DNA of 29,625 nucleotides from Nitrosopumilaceae archaeon (GTDB lineage Archaea; Thermoproteota; Nitrososphaeria; Nitrososphaerales; Nitrosopumilaceae): NCBI GenBank assembly GCA_965200155.1, contig CBDATR010000050.1, positions 1 to 29,625 of the forward strand, read 5' to 3'. Shown piece by piece: positions 20,360 to 29,625 of this stretch (position 1 is its first letter; each line of letters starts with the position of its first letter). The notes under the pieces were generated by a model. It saw only the letters and a program-made list of their open reading frames with translations, ran no database searches and was not told where the DNA came from. The position numbers and the translations under genes were made by a program.

Positions 20360-20680
20360 GATGGAACATCTACAAAAAATAAGAACAATATACACAATAA
20401 ACCAGGACCACAGTCTCAACAATCTGCTAATAAGACGTCTGATCCATACATATAATGATATTACCTGTGTGCTCAAATTTACATTACAATAATTTTACTT
20501 AATGAGATTTCCTATTGATCAGCAGTTATTTCTCTAAAGTGCACTTAAATTGTGAGATTGCTGTGAAGTGTGTTGGTCGTTTTTACAATGACTAACTTGT
20601 GTATTATATCTAAAACCAAGGTTCTACCCACAAAGGTCAGTGGTGGACACCACCTCTCAACTACTGTAACTAGCTATGAC

Positions 20681-20888
20681 TGTAGTGTGGTTAAATTAGT
20701 AGTAATTAAGTTGTCATAATTACTTGACAGTCAAGTCATTTATAATTTGTAACATCTATATAAGTATTGTGTTGGGCAGTAGAGTTTTGTGTTATCTCAG
20801 TATCAAGTTACTAAATAGCTAACCAGCTAGAGCAAGTTACCGGCTCTTCGTACAATAAACCACCTTCTGGCCACCGAAAAACACTACA
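20681..20888 (+). repeat. 5' LTR (208 bp) of the Ty3/Gypsy element
   Basis: Begins TGTAGTGT and ends ACACTACA (perfect 8-bp inverted termini). TATATAA at 20757, AATAAA at 20854, followed 2 nt later by TGGCGAC. Confidence 0.88.
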
Positions 20889-20890
20889 AC

Positions 20891-20900
20891 TGGCGACATC
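20891..20900 (+). promoter_or_regulatory. Primer-binding site (PBS)
   Basis: TGGCGAC directly after the LTR; TGG is complementary to tRNA 3'-CCA. The priming tRNA was not identified. Confidence 0.75.
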
Positions 20901-20914
20901 TAGCCCAGACAGTA

Positions 20915-23900
20915 ATGATGGCAGCACCAACCTAAGGACAGGTCAGGCAATTTAAACCAGAAAGAGGGAACATCCTAAACTACTTAGAGTGGATGCAGAT
21001 GTTCTTTGAAGCAAACAATGTTGCTGAAGGAAAGCAAGCAGCAGTGTTGATCAGCAGTATAGGTGAGGAGACCTACGGAGTTTTAAAGAACTTATTAGCC
21101 CCAGCCCTGCCTTGCACAAAGAGTTTAGATGAACTCACTGCAGCATTGAAGGGTCACTATGCACCCAAACCAGTCCATTATTGCAGAACGTTTTCACTTT
21201 CACCAGAGGAGACAAGCCTTAGGAGAGTCTGTAGCAGATTTCACTGCTGAGATACGACCAGTACCTGTGAGTTGGAGACTATCTCAATGATGCTCTTCAG
21301 GATCAGTTTGTTTATGGCCTCAGGAGGGAAGGCATGCACAAACGGCTTCTAGCAGAGACAACGCTGACTTTAAAGCAGGCTGTTGAGATAGCTAAGGGAA
21401 TGGAAGCTGCAGCTAAGCATGCAAAGAGCTTCAAAGACTCTGATACAGAAGCAGTCAAAGCTGTATACACAGAAAATTGTAAGCACTGTGGGAAAACATA
21501 TCATAAACCAAGTGACTGTAGATTCAAGACAGTTCAGTGTCACAATTGTGGCAAGACAGGCCACATCTCCACGTAAGGATAGTAATATTAAAGCTGGCAA
21601 AGGTAAATTTGTGTCAAAATACACAAGACCAAAGTCCACCAAATACATTGCCTCGGACGTATCCATGAACACTAAAACTGGTGATGGTGATGAGGTAGAA
21701 GAACTTGGACTCTTTATGGTCTCTGACTGTGGTGGTGTCCAGCCGATATGGATAGATGTCGAAATAGAGGGGAAGACAGTTTCCATGGAATTAGATACAG
21801 GAGTGGCAGTGTCAATCATGTCGAGTACTGCTTGGCAAACTCTTTTCCCGAGACAAACCCTGAAAGAGGCAGATGTTGCTCTTAGAACTTATACGGCAGA
21901 GAAGATGTCTGTACTAGGACAGTGTCAAGTTAACGTAAAAGTAAATGGGAAGAAGAAGCAACTAGTTCTCACCATAGTTGAAGGTGATGGCCCAAGTCTT
22001 TTAGGCCGAGACTGGCTAAAGCATTTACAACTAGACTGGCAACGGATAGCCAAGGTTGACTCTACAAACAAGCTGGAGAACTTCCTACAGGATTATGAGG
22101 AGATTTTTAAGAAGGAACAGGCACAGTAAACTCCTACCAGGCATCACTACACCTGAAGGAAGGAGCAAACCCTAAATATCACCGGGCCAGGAGTGTTCCA
22201 TTTGCTATCAGAGAAGCAGTGGGAGAGGAACTAGACAGGTTAGAGAGAGCTGGAATTCTAGAAAGGGTTAACTCTGAATGGGCAGCACCAGTGGTTGCAG
22301 TACCCAAGAAAGATGGAAAATTCAGAATATGTGGTGATTACAAAGTTACCATTAACTCAGTTCTGAAAACAGATCAATATCCACTTCAAAAACCCAAGGA
22401 ACTGTTTGCAACACTAGCTGGAGGGATCACCTTCACGAAGCTGGATCTATTCCAAACATACACTCAGATTCCACTCCACGAGGAGTCAGTTCAGTATGTT
22501 ACTATAAACACTCATAAGGGGTTGTACAGGTACAAGAGACTACCATATGACGTAGCCTTGGCACCAGCAATTTTTCAAAAGTTTATGGATTCCCCATTAC
22601 AGGGTATTCCCAATGTCGCACTTGCTATATAGATGACATTTTAGTTACTGGGTCAACCCATGCTGAGCATTTGGGCAACCTGAAGGAAGTTTTCAAAAGG
22701 TTGAAGCAAAGAGGACTTAGAATCAAGAAATCAAAATGTAGTTTCATGTAATCATCTGTGGAATATTTAGGCCACATAGTAGACAGGAAAGGGTTACGTG
22801 CAAACCCAGAGAAAATCAAGGCAATAGTTGATGCCCCGTGCCCCAGAGACGTGCCCGAGCTAAGAGCATTTTTGGGCCTATTGAATTACTATGGGAAATT
22901 TTTTGCCAAACTTAGCTGGAAATATTCATCCCTCGAATGACCTCCTATGTAAAACCAAGAAATGGAATTGAACAGAGGCTTGTAAGAAGTCATTCGACTG
23001 GGCAAAGCAAGCCATTGCTTCCTCAAAGATCCTAGTCCATTATGACCCCAAACTCACCAATTAAAGTGACAGCAGATGCTTCTGCCTATGGCATAGGAGC
23101 AGTGTTATCCCATATCCTAGAAGAACACCCAGTGGCTTTTGTGTCCAGAACATTGTCACCCAGTGAGAAAAATTACTCACAAATAGACAAAGAAGCCCTT
23201 GCTTTGATATTTGCAGTAAAGAAATTTCATCAATACCTCTATGGCAGACATTTCACACTAGTGACAGACCACAAGCTACTTCTTGCTATTTTAGGACCAA
23301 AGAAAGGCATTCCACCCTTAGCAGCTGCTAGGATCCAGAGGTGGGCTTTTCAATTATCAGCTTATACATATGATATTGAGTTCAAAAGAACCACAGACCA
23401 CTGCAGGTTATCCAGACTACCTATTCAACAAAATACTCTAGAACAAGAAGTGTCAGAAATCACACAATTTAATATTGGCCAAATCCAGGCATTGCCAATC
23501 TCTTCTCTACAGATTCAGAAAGCAACACAGACTGACCTTATACTTAGTAAAGTCTACAGGTTCATACAAACAGGATGGCCTACTCAAATACCTGATTAAG
23601 ATATCAAACCATATTGGTTACATCGAAGTGACTTGACTGTGGAATGCAACTGTGTCATGTATGGTATTCGAGTGGTTATTCCAAGGAAATTGCAGGAACC
23701 AGTACTGCAAGAATTGCACTCAACTCACCCAGGAATTCAGTGAATGAAGGCCCTAGCACGAAGTCATATATGGTGGCCTGGTTTAGATCGAGACATAGAA
23801 CAACTTGTGAGAGCATGTATTGCATGTCAAAGTGTGAAGCAACCACCTGCAGTAGCCCCTTTACATCCATGGATATGGCCAGCTCGCCCTTGGGAGAGGA

Positions 23901-24576
23901 TCCATGTGGATTTTGCAGGTCCATTTTTGGGTACTTCTTTCCTGATAGTGGTTGATGCACATTCAAAATGGCCAGAAGTTATAGAAATGTCAAGCACTAC
24001 AGCAGCTAAGACTATTCAGGTCATGCGTCATCTGTTTTCACAGTATGGATTACCCCTACAACTTGTATCTGATAACGGACCACAGTTTATATCGAAGAAT
24101 TTGGATTATTTCTGAAGCAGAATGGAGTAAAACATATCAAAACTGCACCATACCATCCATCTTCGAATTGCCTAGCTGAATGCTTTGTCAGAACCTTCAA
24201 GGAAGCCATGAAATCAGGAAAGAGAGAGAGTCTACCAGTGAAACATCGCCTAGACAATTTCCTATTGATGTACCGAGTAGCTCCACATGCAACTACCGGA
24301 GTTGCACCATGTATGCTTTTCCTAGGAGGAGACCTCAGGACAAGAATACATTTACTAGGTTCTCAACTGGACTCGAGGGTTGGTAACCAACAGGCAAATC
24401 AGAAGTCTCAACATGACCAGCGAGCTAAGACAAGAGAGTTCATTGTGGGTCAAGAGGTCATGACAAGAAACTTGAGGCCTGGACCCAAATATGTCACAGG
24501 AGTGGTTGTACAGAAACTAGGACCACTCAGCTATCTGGTTGAAGTAGGAGGTCTTGTTTGGCGAGACATGTTGTAA
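20915..24576 (+). pseudogene. gag-pol polyprotein pseudogene
   Basis: Fragmented over many ORFs. Premature stops (e.g. 20933, 22749, 23741) and frameshifts (e.g. ~21175, ~22620, ~24105). Confidence 0.93.
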
Positions 24577-24900
24577 TGGATAGACTATTTACCTGTGTAT
24601 GTACATCATAATATTATTGTACTATAATGTGTTGAACATTATTGGTCATTTATTGCCTGCCATTGGTAACTTGTTAAAAGCACTATAGTTGTAACTTGTA
24701 TCACTTGTAACATGTAACAACCACTATTGGTCATATTAGTATGTTCTAGAAGCTTCTTGTCCATGTATGATTGGTTGTTGTATCATGTCATGTTCTGATT
24801 GGTCAGTGTTTGCTATATAAACAGACTGTCTATGAGTAATTTTGAGTCTTTGTCTCATTCTGTTGCTATTTATGCTCTATCTGAAGTAGAAGAGAGGATA
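24572..24900 (+). repeat. LTR-like promoter fragment unrelated to the 5' LTR (possible nested insertion)
   Basis: Starts TGTAAT exactly where pol similarity stops. Five ATTGG (reverse CCAAT) boxes at 24641, 24662, 24726, 24770 and 24798, then TATATAAA at 24814. Right end not identified. Confidence 0.45.
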
Positions 24901-25166
24901 GCTAGTTTTTCCTGGTCCCTCACACATGTAGATAACCTAAATGAACTACCCTCAACTACTACAGGTGACAAAGCCAAAGACAAAGAAATTGAACAGTTTT
25001 TGGTATCATAATTATCCTTAGACTGGTTTTCTCCATCACAACTATTTTTTCCCCCCATTTCTCTCTATGACATGAGATTAGCATTGACTAGACTAGCATT
25101 GGATCAAGTTTCTAGGAGTGAGTATGGCTGAGTTAGATCTCTGTGTAGGTAAAACATTTTCTTACT

Positions 25167-25479
25167 ATGTTATTTGCTGAAATTTTCATCATTGTTTTAA
25201 TTTCAGATATCACTTTTATTATGAAACTTAAAAGGTTGAATAATTGCATAAATGAAATTTTACTTAATGAATAATTGGAGATGCAGCTGCACCTACAGCG
25301 CAGTGTGGGCATTTTTCGCTTGCTTATTGTGTAGAATGTTGACACGACACTATATCGCTATTTCTAGCCTAGACCCAGTAGAGAGGGCCTTTCCAATTCG
25401 AATGGACTACTGGGCCACTAGCCTCTGTCTTTCCGTCTAAGACAATTAACAATTAAACGAAAATTTCAGCAAATAATAT
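25167..25479. mobile_element. Putative MITE / non-autonomous DNA transposon
   Basis: Terminal inverted repeats atgttatttgctgaaattttc (25167-25187) and gaaaatttcagcaaataatat (25459-25479), 20/21 match. No convincing coding content; TSD unclear. Confidence 0.6.
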
Positions 25480-26228
25480 GGAATTATATTTATCTACTTT
25501 ATCTGGTTTATTCATAATAACGAAACATGATGATCTTGACTTAAAGCTCATAGCAAAATAAGGACAGTTTGTATCTACACATGTATTTTAAGTTGAATAT
25601 TGTCTGGAAAAAATTTTTTCTGTGAGTTTATGCACACAATCATCTAGTAGACTAGTACCTCTAAATTTTTTACATCCCTCATTACACATAGCCTGTGGTT
25701 AAGAGACATGTCATCCATTGCTTTTAATCCAGTGACTTGTTTAAGGAGTTCAGTGGACTCCATACTGCTAGAGTAGGTCTGAGGTGGTTACTGTGTAGCT
25801 AGTTAGGTTGCAAGCTATGAGGTACACATTAGTTAGATGCCTTGAAAAATAAGCATTTAGAAACAATCAGGTTAATTAGAGACACCATGTTACAGCCAAG
25901 GGCCTTCAGATTTCCAATGTTCCTAGTGGTTTTGCAGGTTTCACATTAGGTAACCATAAACTACAGGCTTATAGCATGCACAGGTACATTGGAATGTTAT
26001 CATTGTTGCCTGATCAATCTCAAACACAGCACAGAATTCCCTAACATACTCTGACTGGCTATGAGAAAACCTTATAAAAGCACTCTATGGCTATGATGTC
26101 TGAAATTTTGAGACTTTACAATATAATTTGAGTGTAATAGTACAAAATAGCAAGAATTGCATCACATGATAGGGGAAATCAGTGTAATCACATGTTATTA
26201 CAACTCTAATTATTACTGACATACATAC

Positions 26229-26301
26229 CTGCATCAAATGAAATGGTTAATTCTTCACTAGCTGACCCATCAAAACAGGTTACAATCATATTACCGGAAC
26301 T
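26229..26301 (-). pseudogene. Partial duplicate of the 3' end of the Ig-like exon, with its own splice donor
   Basis: Encodes SSGNMIVTCFDGSASEELTISFDA followed by G|GTATGT; paralogous to 26334-26406. Confidence 0.8.
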
Positions 26302-26333
26302 TGTTAGTTACTATTGCTGCTAATCAATCTTAC

Positions 26334-26648
26334 CTGCCATTACTGAAATGATCAATTCTTCACTATCTGTCCCATCAAAACAGGCTACAGTCATATTACC
26401 AGAACTGTGTACACTGAATAAAGTATATGTTGATTCCCACAATCCAGGTAGTAATATTGCATATGACTCTGAAAGAGGTTTATGAATAATACGCTCAATC
26501 CTTTCCAGATTATCAAATGAGAATTCACTCATACTATTCAACGTCCAGACTAATCTTGAGCCATTTGCAATGCAAAGAAAAGTAACAAATTCTCCAGGGC
26601 GAAGTACATTTTGTTGTGCTGTTGATGTTAGGCTAATGACAGCATCCC
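26334..26648 (-). CDS. Exon encoding an immunoglobulin-like domain (phase 1-1, 315 nt)
   Basis: aaattttAG|GG acceptor and CAG|GTAAGA donor. Open frame DAVISLTSTAQQNVLRPGEFVTFLCIANGSRLVW...WESTYTL...MTVACFDGTDSEELIISVMA with Ig-type C...W...C spacing. Confidence 0.85.
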
Positions 26649-27089
26649 CTAAAATTTAATACTGAGTTAGCATGTGTAGAATGACAGATACATATAATAT
26701 AACAGGACCATGTATCATTATACATTATGTTCTCTCCACATAGAAAAGTGTACCACTACTTGGCATGGTTATTAGTATGCAAATTTGAAAGTAAAATTTT
26801 TTTTAGAAGCCAGAATCATTCCTAATTACTCATTTATGAATCTTATTAAAGGTACTGTTTTTCAAATTTAGTAATAATTTAAGGTAGTTCATTGGTTTTG
26901 CTTATCTAAATAGCTAGGGGTTATATATACACAATTCATAGGGAGTTACCAACTAAAGAAACAGGTCTCATACTATTCACACTCTCATCTAGATTACACA
27001 GTGTACACAGCTATAAGAGAAATACTTCCTCTACTGTTAGAAGGACTGGTGAGCATATGGAATGCTTCAGTAGTCAACATAACCATTAA

Positions 27090-27113
27090 GGGGGGGGGGG
27101 GGGGGGGGGGGGG
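27090..27113 (+). repeat. Poly-G run (24 nt)
   Basis: Directly visible. Confidence 0.95.
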
Positions 27114-27931
27114 TAGACTCGTTTTTTCCTTTTTATATATCTGATCATAATTCTCTTATACTTTGTCCAATAAAGTTGATCTTCTACTTTAAATGTTGCT
27201 CATTTAAAGAGCTTTCTGAAGGTGTAACATATATTAATGGGTACAAAATTTAGCAGTTCTGTACTATGAACCATTTAACTGGTACAAATATTAGCTATTT
27301 AAACTTTATCATAGTAGCTATACCAGTAATCATTGCTTCTCCATGAGATTCTATGGTGACCTTTAACCCTATCAACTTTTAATTTGATAGTTTAATGTAA
27401 AAATTGAAAATCACTAAAACCTCATGTGTAGTAGAATATGTTGTCAAGTATACTAGTTGATTGCTATCTATTATAATATTAGAAAATACATTCTTTAAGA
27501 ACTGGGATAATCCCACTGAGGTTAGGTAGAATGAACCCAAGGAGTTTGTGAACCTATAAGGTACTAATTATCCAACTGTACTATATATAGCCTATGGAAG
27601 CACACATACTAATACTGTATACCACCTACTCTAGAACAAAAAATAATTAATGAGTAGACATCTTGTTCAATATGTTAAAGGGCTAGGAGGGTTGGTTTGT
27701 AATGAATGCAAGTATAGTCTTGTGGATTCAAATATTACTTAGGACCAAACTCCCTTAAACAGTATATGGTTGCTGGGACTCTAAACACAGCCTAATAAAA
27801 CAGTTTAGTAAAATCTTCACACAACAGACAGTACTACCCCACAGAAGGTAAATCTATATCTAAAGTTACGTGAACCTTACAAGCTTCTTTCTAACAGCAG
27901 CAACTGTGTAATATGTGTACAAGTATTTTTC

Positions 27932-27964
<33 letters not shown>

Positions 27965-28487
27965 TCGGACTCTGTTCAAGAACTAAGCCATTATAAACAA
28001 ATGTGCTGAATCAGCATATTGCACATGCACATGGCCAACCACCCAACACCATAAATAGTATAATTATTGGCCCATTTAAAATGCAGTAGTGTAGTGTACT
28101 ATTTGTGCTGACAGACAAGTGCATTATGTGTCTACAAACATAAGAATTAATGAGCACATTATGCAGCTGTTATACTATTATAGTAAATTAAATGATATAA
28201 TTAGTGTATGAGTCCCCAGTTCCTTATTTTCCTCCATGAAATCTTATAGCAAAACTCACAAAGAACTATATCAGACATAATATAGATAAGAATTGAGATA
28301 GGTGTTTAGTTGACTTGGACACAAAGGAAGAAGGAATTAATATCTAGCCTTCAAAAGATATTTAAGAGTACTACTACACAGTACTATACAGGATAATAAA
28401 CAAACAACAATAATAACAAACAACTCGTGGATGAAATGCATTGAGTGGATTAATAAGTATAATGTAAGAATAACAATGAAAACTTAC

Positions 28488-28523
28488 CAGGTGTAGTTGG
28501 GGTACTTGTAGACTCACAAAGAC
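28488..28523 (-). CDS. Probable 36-nt phase 1-1 micro-exon (S/T/P-rich linker)
   Basis: ctgttcttattttactgtgaAG|GTCTTTGTGAGTCTACAAGTACCCCAACTACACCTG|GTAAGT. Reads (G)LCESTSTPTTP(G) in frame between the two Ig exons. Confidence 0.62.
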
Positions 28524-28529
28524 CTTCAC

Positions 28530-29625
28530 AGTAAAATAAGAACAGTTATTTGAACAGTTTAGTATCTACACATGTTACATTATTATCTGGAAAATTTTCT
28601 GTGAGCTTATGCACACTATCTAGCATTCTCAAATCTTCTACACCCCCGATTACATAGCCAGTGGTTAAGAGACATGTTATCCATTGCTTTTAACCCATTT
28701 TGTGGACTCTCCATTCCTTCAACAGTCTACTCTACACCATAGTCGTTGTCAAGTTGAGTTCTCTTAGAATTTAAGTAAATAATTATTAGGTAATAGGATC
28801 TATAGGCATTTAGAAACAATCAGGTTAATTAGAGACACCATGCTATAGCCAAGGGCCTTCAGATTTCTAAATATCATAGAACCTATGGTGCTGGTATATA
28901 ATAACTTCTTCAACGTCAAAGATATAATTCCTAGTGCAGTCAGATCATGTTAACTAAACATTTTATGTTGTGCACAGGGTACATCAGATTGCTTATTACT
29001 CTCGCCTGATTGATGGGAACATTGACACAAAATTCCACATTGTCAACATCCTCTGACCAGACTAGGAAGAAACCTTATAAAAGTACTCTATGGTTAATTA
29101 GCTGAGATGTTGGAAATTGGAGGTACCTCTGGTAAAGCAGAACAGACTTCAGTATGTTCAGAGTACAGTTACTGTGATAGATGACAATGATTGTGACATC
29201 AGTGTCACTTGTTATTACCACTACGTAACATGTTAATAATTACTGACCTACATAATTATGTACATACCTGCTATTACTGAAATGGTCAATTCTTCACTAT
29301 CTGACCCATCAAAACAGGCTACAGTCATACTATCAGAACTCGGTAAACTGAGTAAAGAATATGTTGATTCCCACAATCCATCTCCATGAGGTAGTAATGT
29401 TGCATATGAGTCTTCTTGAGGTTTGTGGATAATCTTTTCTTTACTTTCAAGATTGTCAAATGAATATTGACTCATACTATTCAACGTCCAGACTATTCTT
29501 GAGCCATTCGCAATGCAACGAAAAGTAATGAATTTTAACTGACAAACTTCATTTCGTTCTGCTGTTGATGTTAGACTAATGACAGCACCCCCTAAAATTT
29601 AATAATCACAGAGTTAGCATGTGTA
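28530..29625. repeat. Segmental duplication, copy B (continues off window)
   Basis: Paralogous to 25555-26680 at an offset of about 2.95 kb. Confidence 0.92.
29268..29591 (-). CDS. Exon encoding an immunoglobulin-like domain (phase 1-1, 324 nt)
   Basis: aaattttAG|GG acceptor and CAG|GTATGT donor. Open frame GAVISLTSTAERNEVCQLKFITFRCIANGSRIVW...HGDGLWESTYSL...MTVACFDGSDSEELTISVIA; differs from copy A by an in-frame 9-nt indel. Confidence 0.85.

Larger units (their letters stand above)
20681..24571 (+). mobile_element. Degenerate Ty3/Gypsy LTR retrotransposon (Mag/K02A2.6-like), 3' LTR absent
   Basis: Domain order is gag (two CCHC-type knuckles CKHCGKTYHKPSDC / CHNCGKTGH), protease (ELDTG), RT (CGDYK, YIDD at 22626-22637), RNase H (DASAYGIGAVL, TDHK), integrase (HPG..WWPGL..CIAC, HVDFAGP, VSDNGPQF, PYHPSSN). 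Integrase after RT/RH is the Gypsy order. Confidence 0.96.
25555..26680. repeat. Segmental duplication, copy A
   Basis: Shares blocks with 28530-29625: gtatctacacatgt, gtggttaagagacatgt, gcatttagaaacaatcaggttaattagagacaccatg, aaaccttataaaag, the Ig exon and gagttagcatgtgta. Confidence 0.92.

Noticed and set aside
22219-22940. Reverse transcriptase considered as a bacterial retron, DGR or group II intron
   Set aside because: Embedded in gag-PR-RT-RH-IN with LTR and PBS, so it is a eukaryotic Ty3/Gypsy element.
20681-24576. Retrotransposon as the vector that carried the bacterial DNA
   Set aside because: Its 5' LTR boundary is intact about 670 bp from the junction, the bacterial DNA lies outside it, and the element is long decayed.
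26840-27760. TTAA-GG...CC-TTAA motifs as transposon ends; poly-G as a functional G-quadruplex
   Set aside because: No convincing extended inverted repeat; the homopolymer length is unreliable and such runs are common in animal introns.
29070-29220. Possible extra exon after a 47-nt intron downstream of Ig exon B
   Set aside because: The frame runs into TAA and is not preserved in duplication copy A; it cannot be supported without transcripts.

Overview
The window is a two-part composite. Positions 1 to ~20010 are gene-dense, CpG-rich gammaproteobacterial DNA. In order it carries: FKBP-type PPIase, AlgP/histone-H1-like repeat protein, ABC-F YheS, brnQ, zapB, lrgB/cidA, dsbB, gshA, tex, a eukaryote-like RING-HC + ankyrin-repeat protein, hslO, two alpha/beta hydrolases, azlD/azlC, and an Acr1-like acyl-CoA reductase cut off mid-gene. 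The gene content suggests a marine-invertebrate symbiont such as Endozoicomonadaceae (inference). From ~20010 to the end the DNA is AT-rich, CpG-depleted and animal-like. It holds a decayed Ty3/Gypsy retrotransposon (5' LTR with 8-bp inverted ends, PBS, gag-PR-RT-RH-IN, many CpG-type mutations), a probable MITE, homopolymer runs, and a minus-strand spliced gene. That gene has two duplicated phase 1-1 immunoglobulin-like exons and a probable 36-nt linker micro-exon; the host looks sponge-like (inference). The abrupt junction is either a chimeric assembly or a very recent symbiont-to-host insertion. Single-base indels in the bacterial genes and the lack of CpG decay on that side favour an artefact. 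The best candidate for new biology is the bacterial RING-ankyrin putative E3-ligase effector. All calls are from reading the sequence; no database searches were run.
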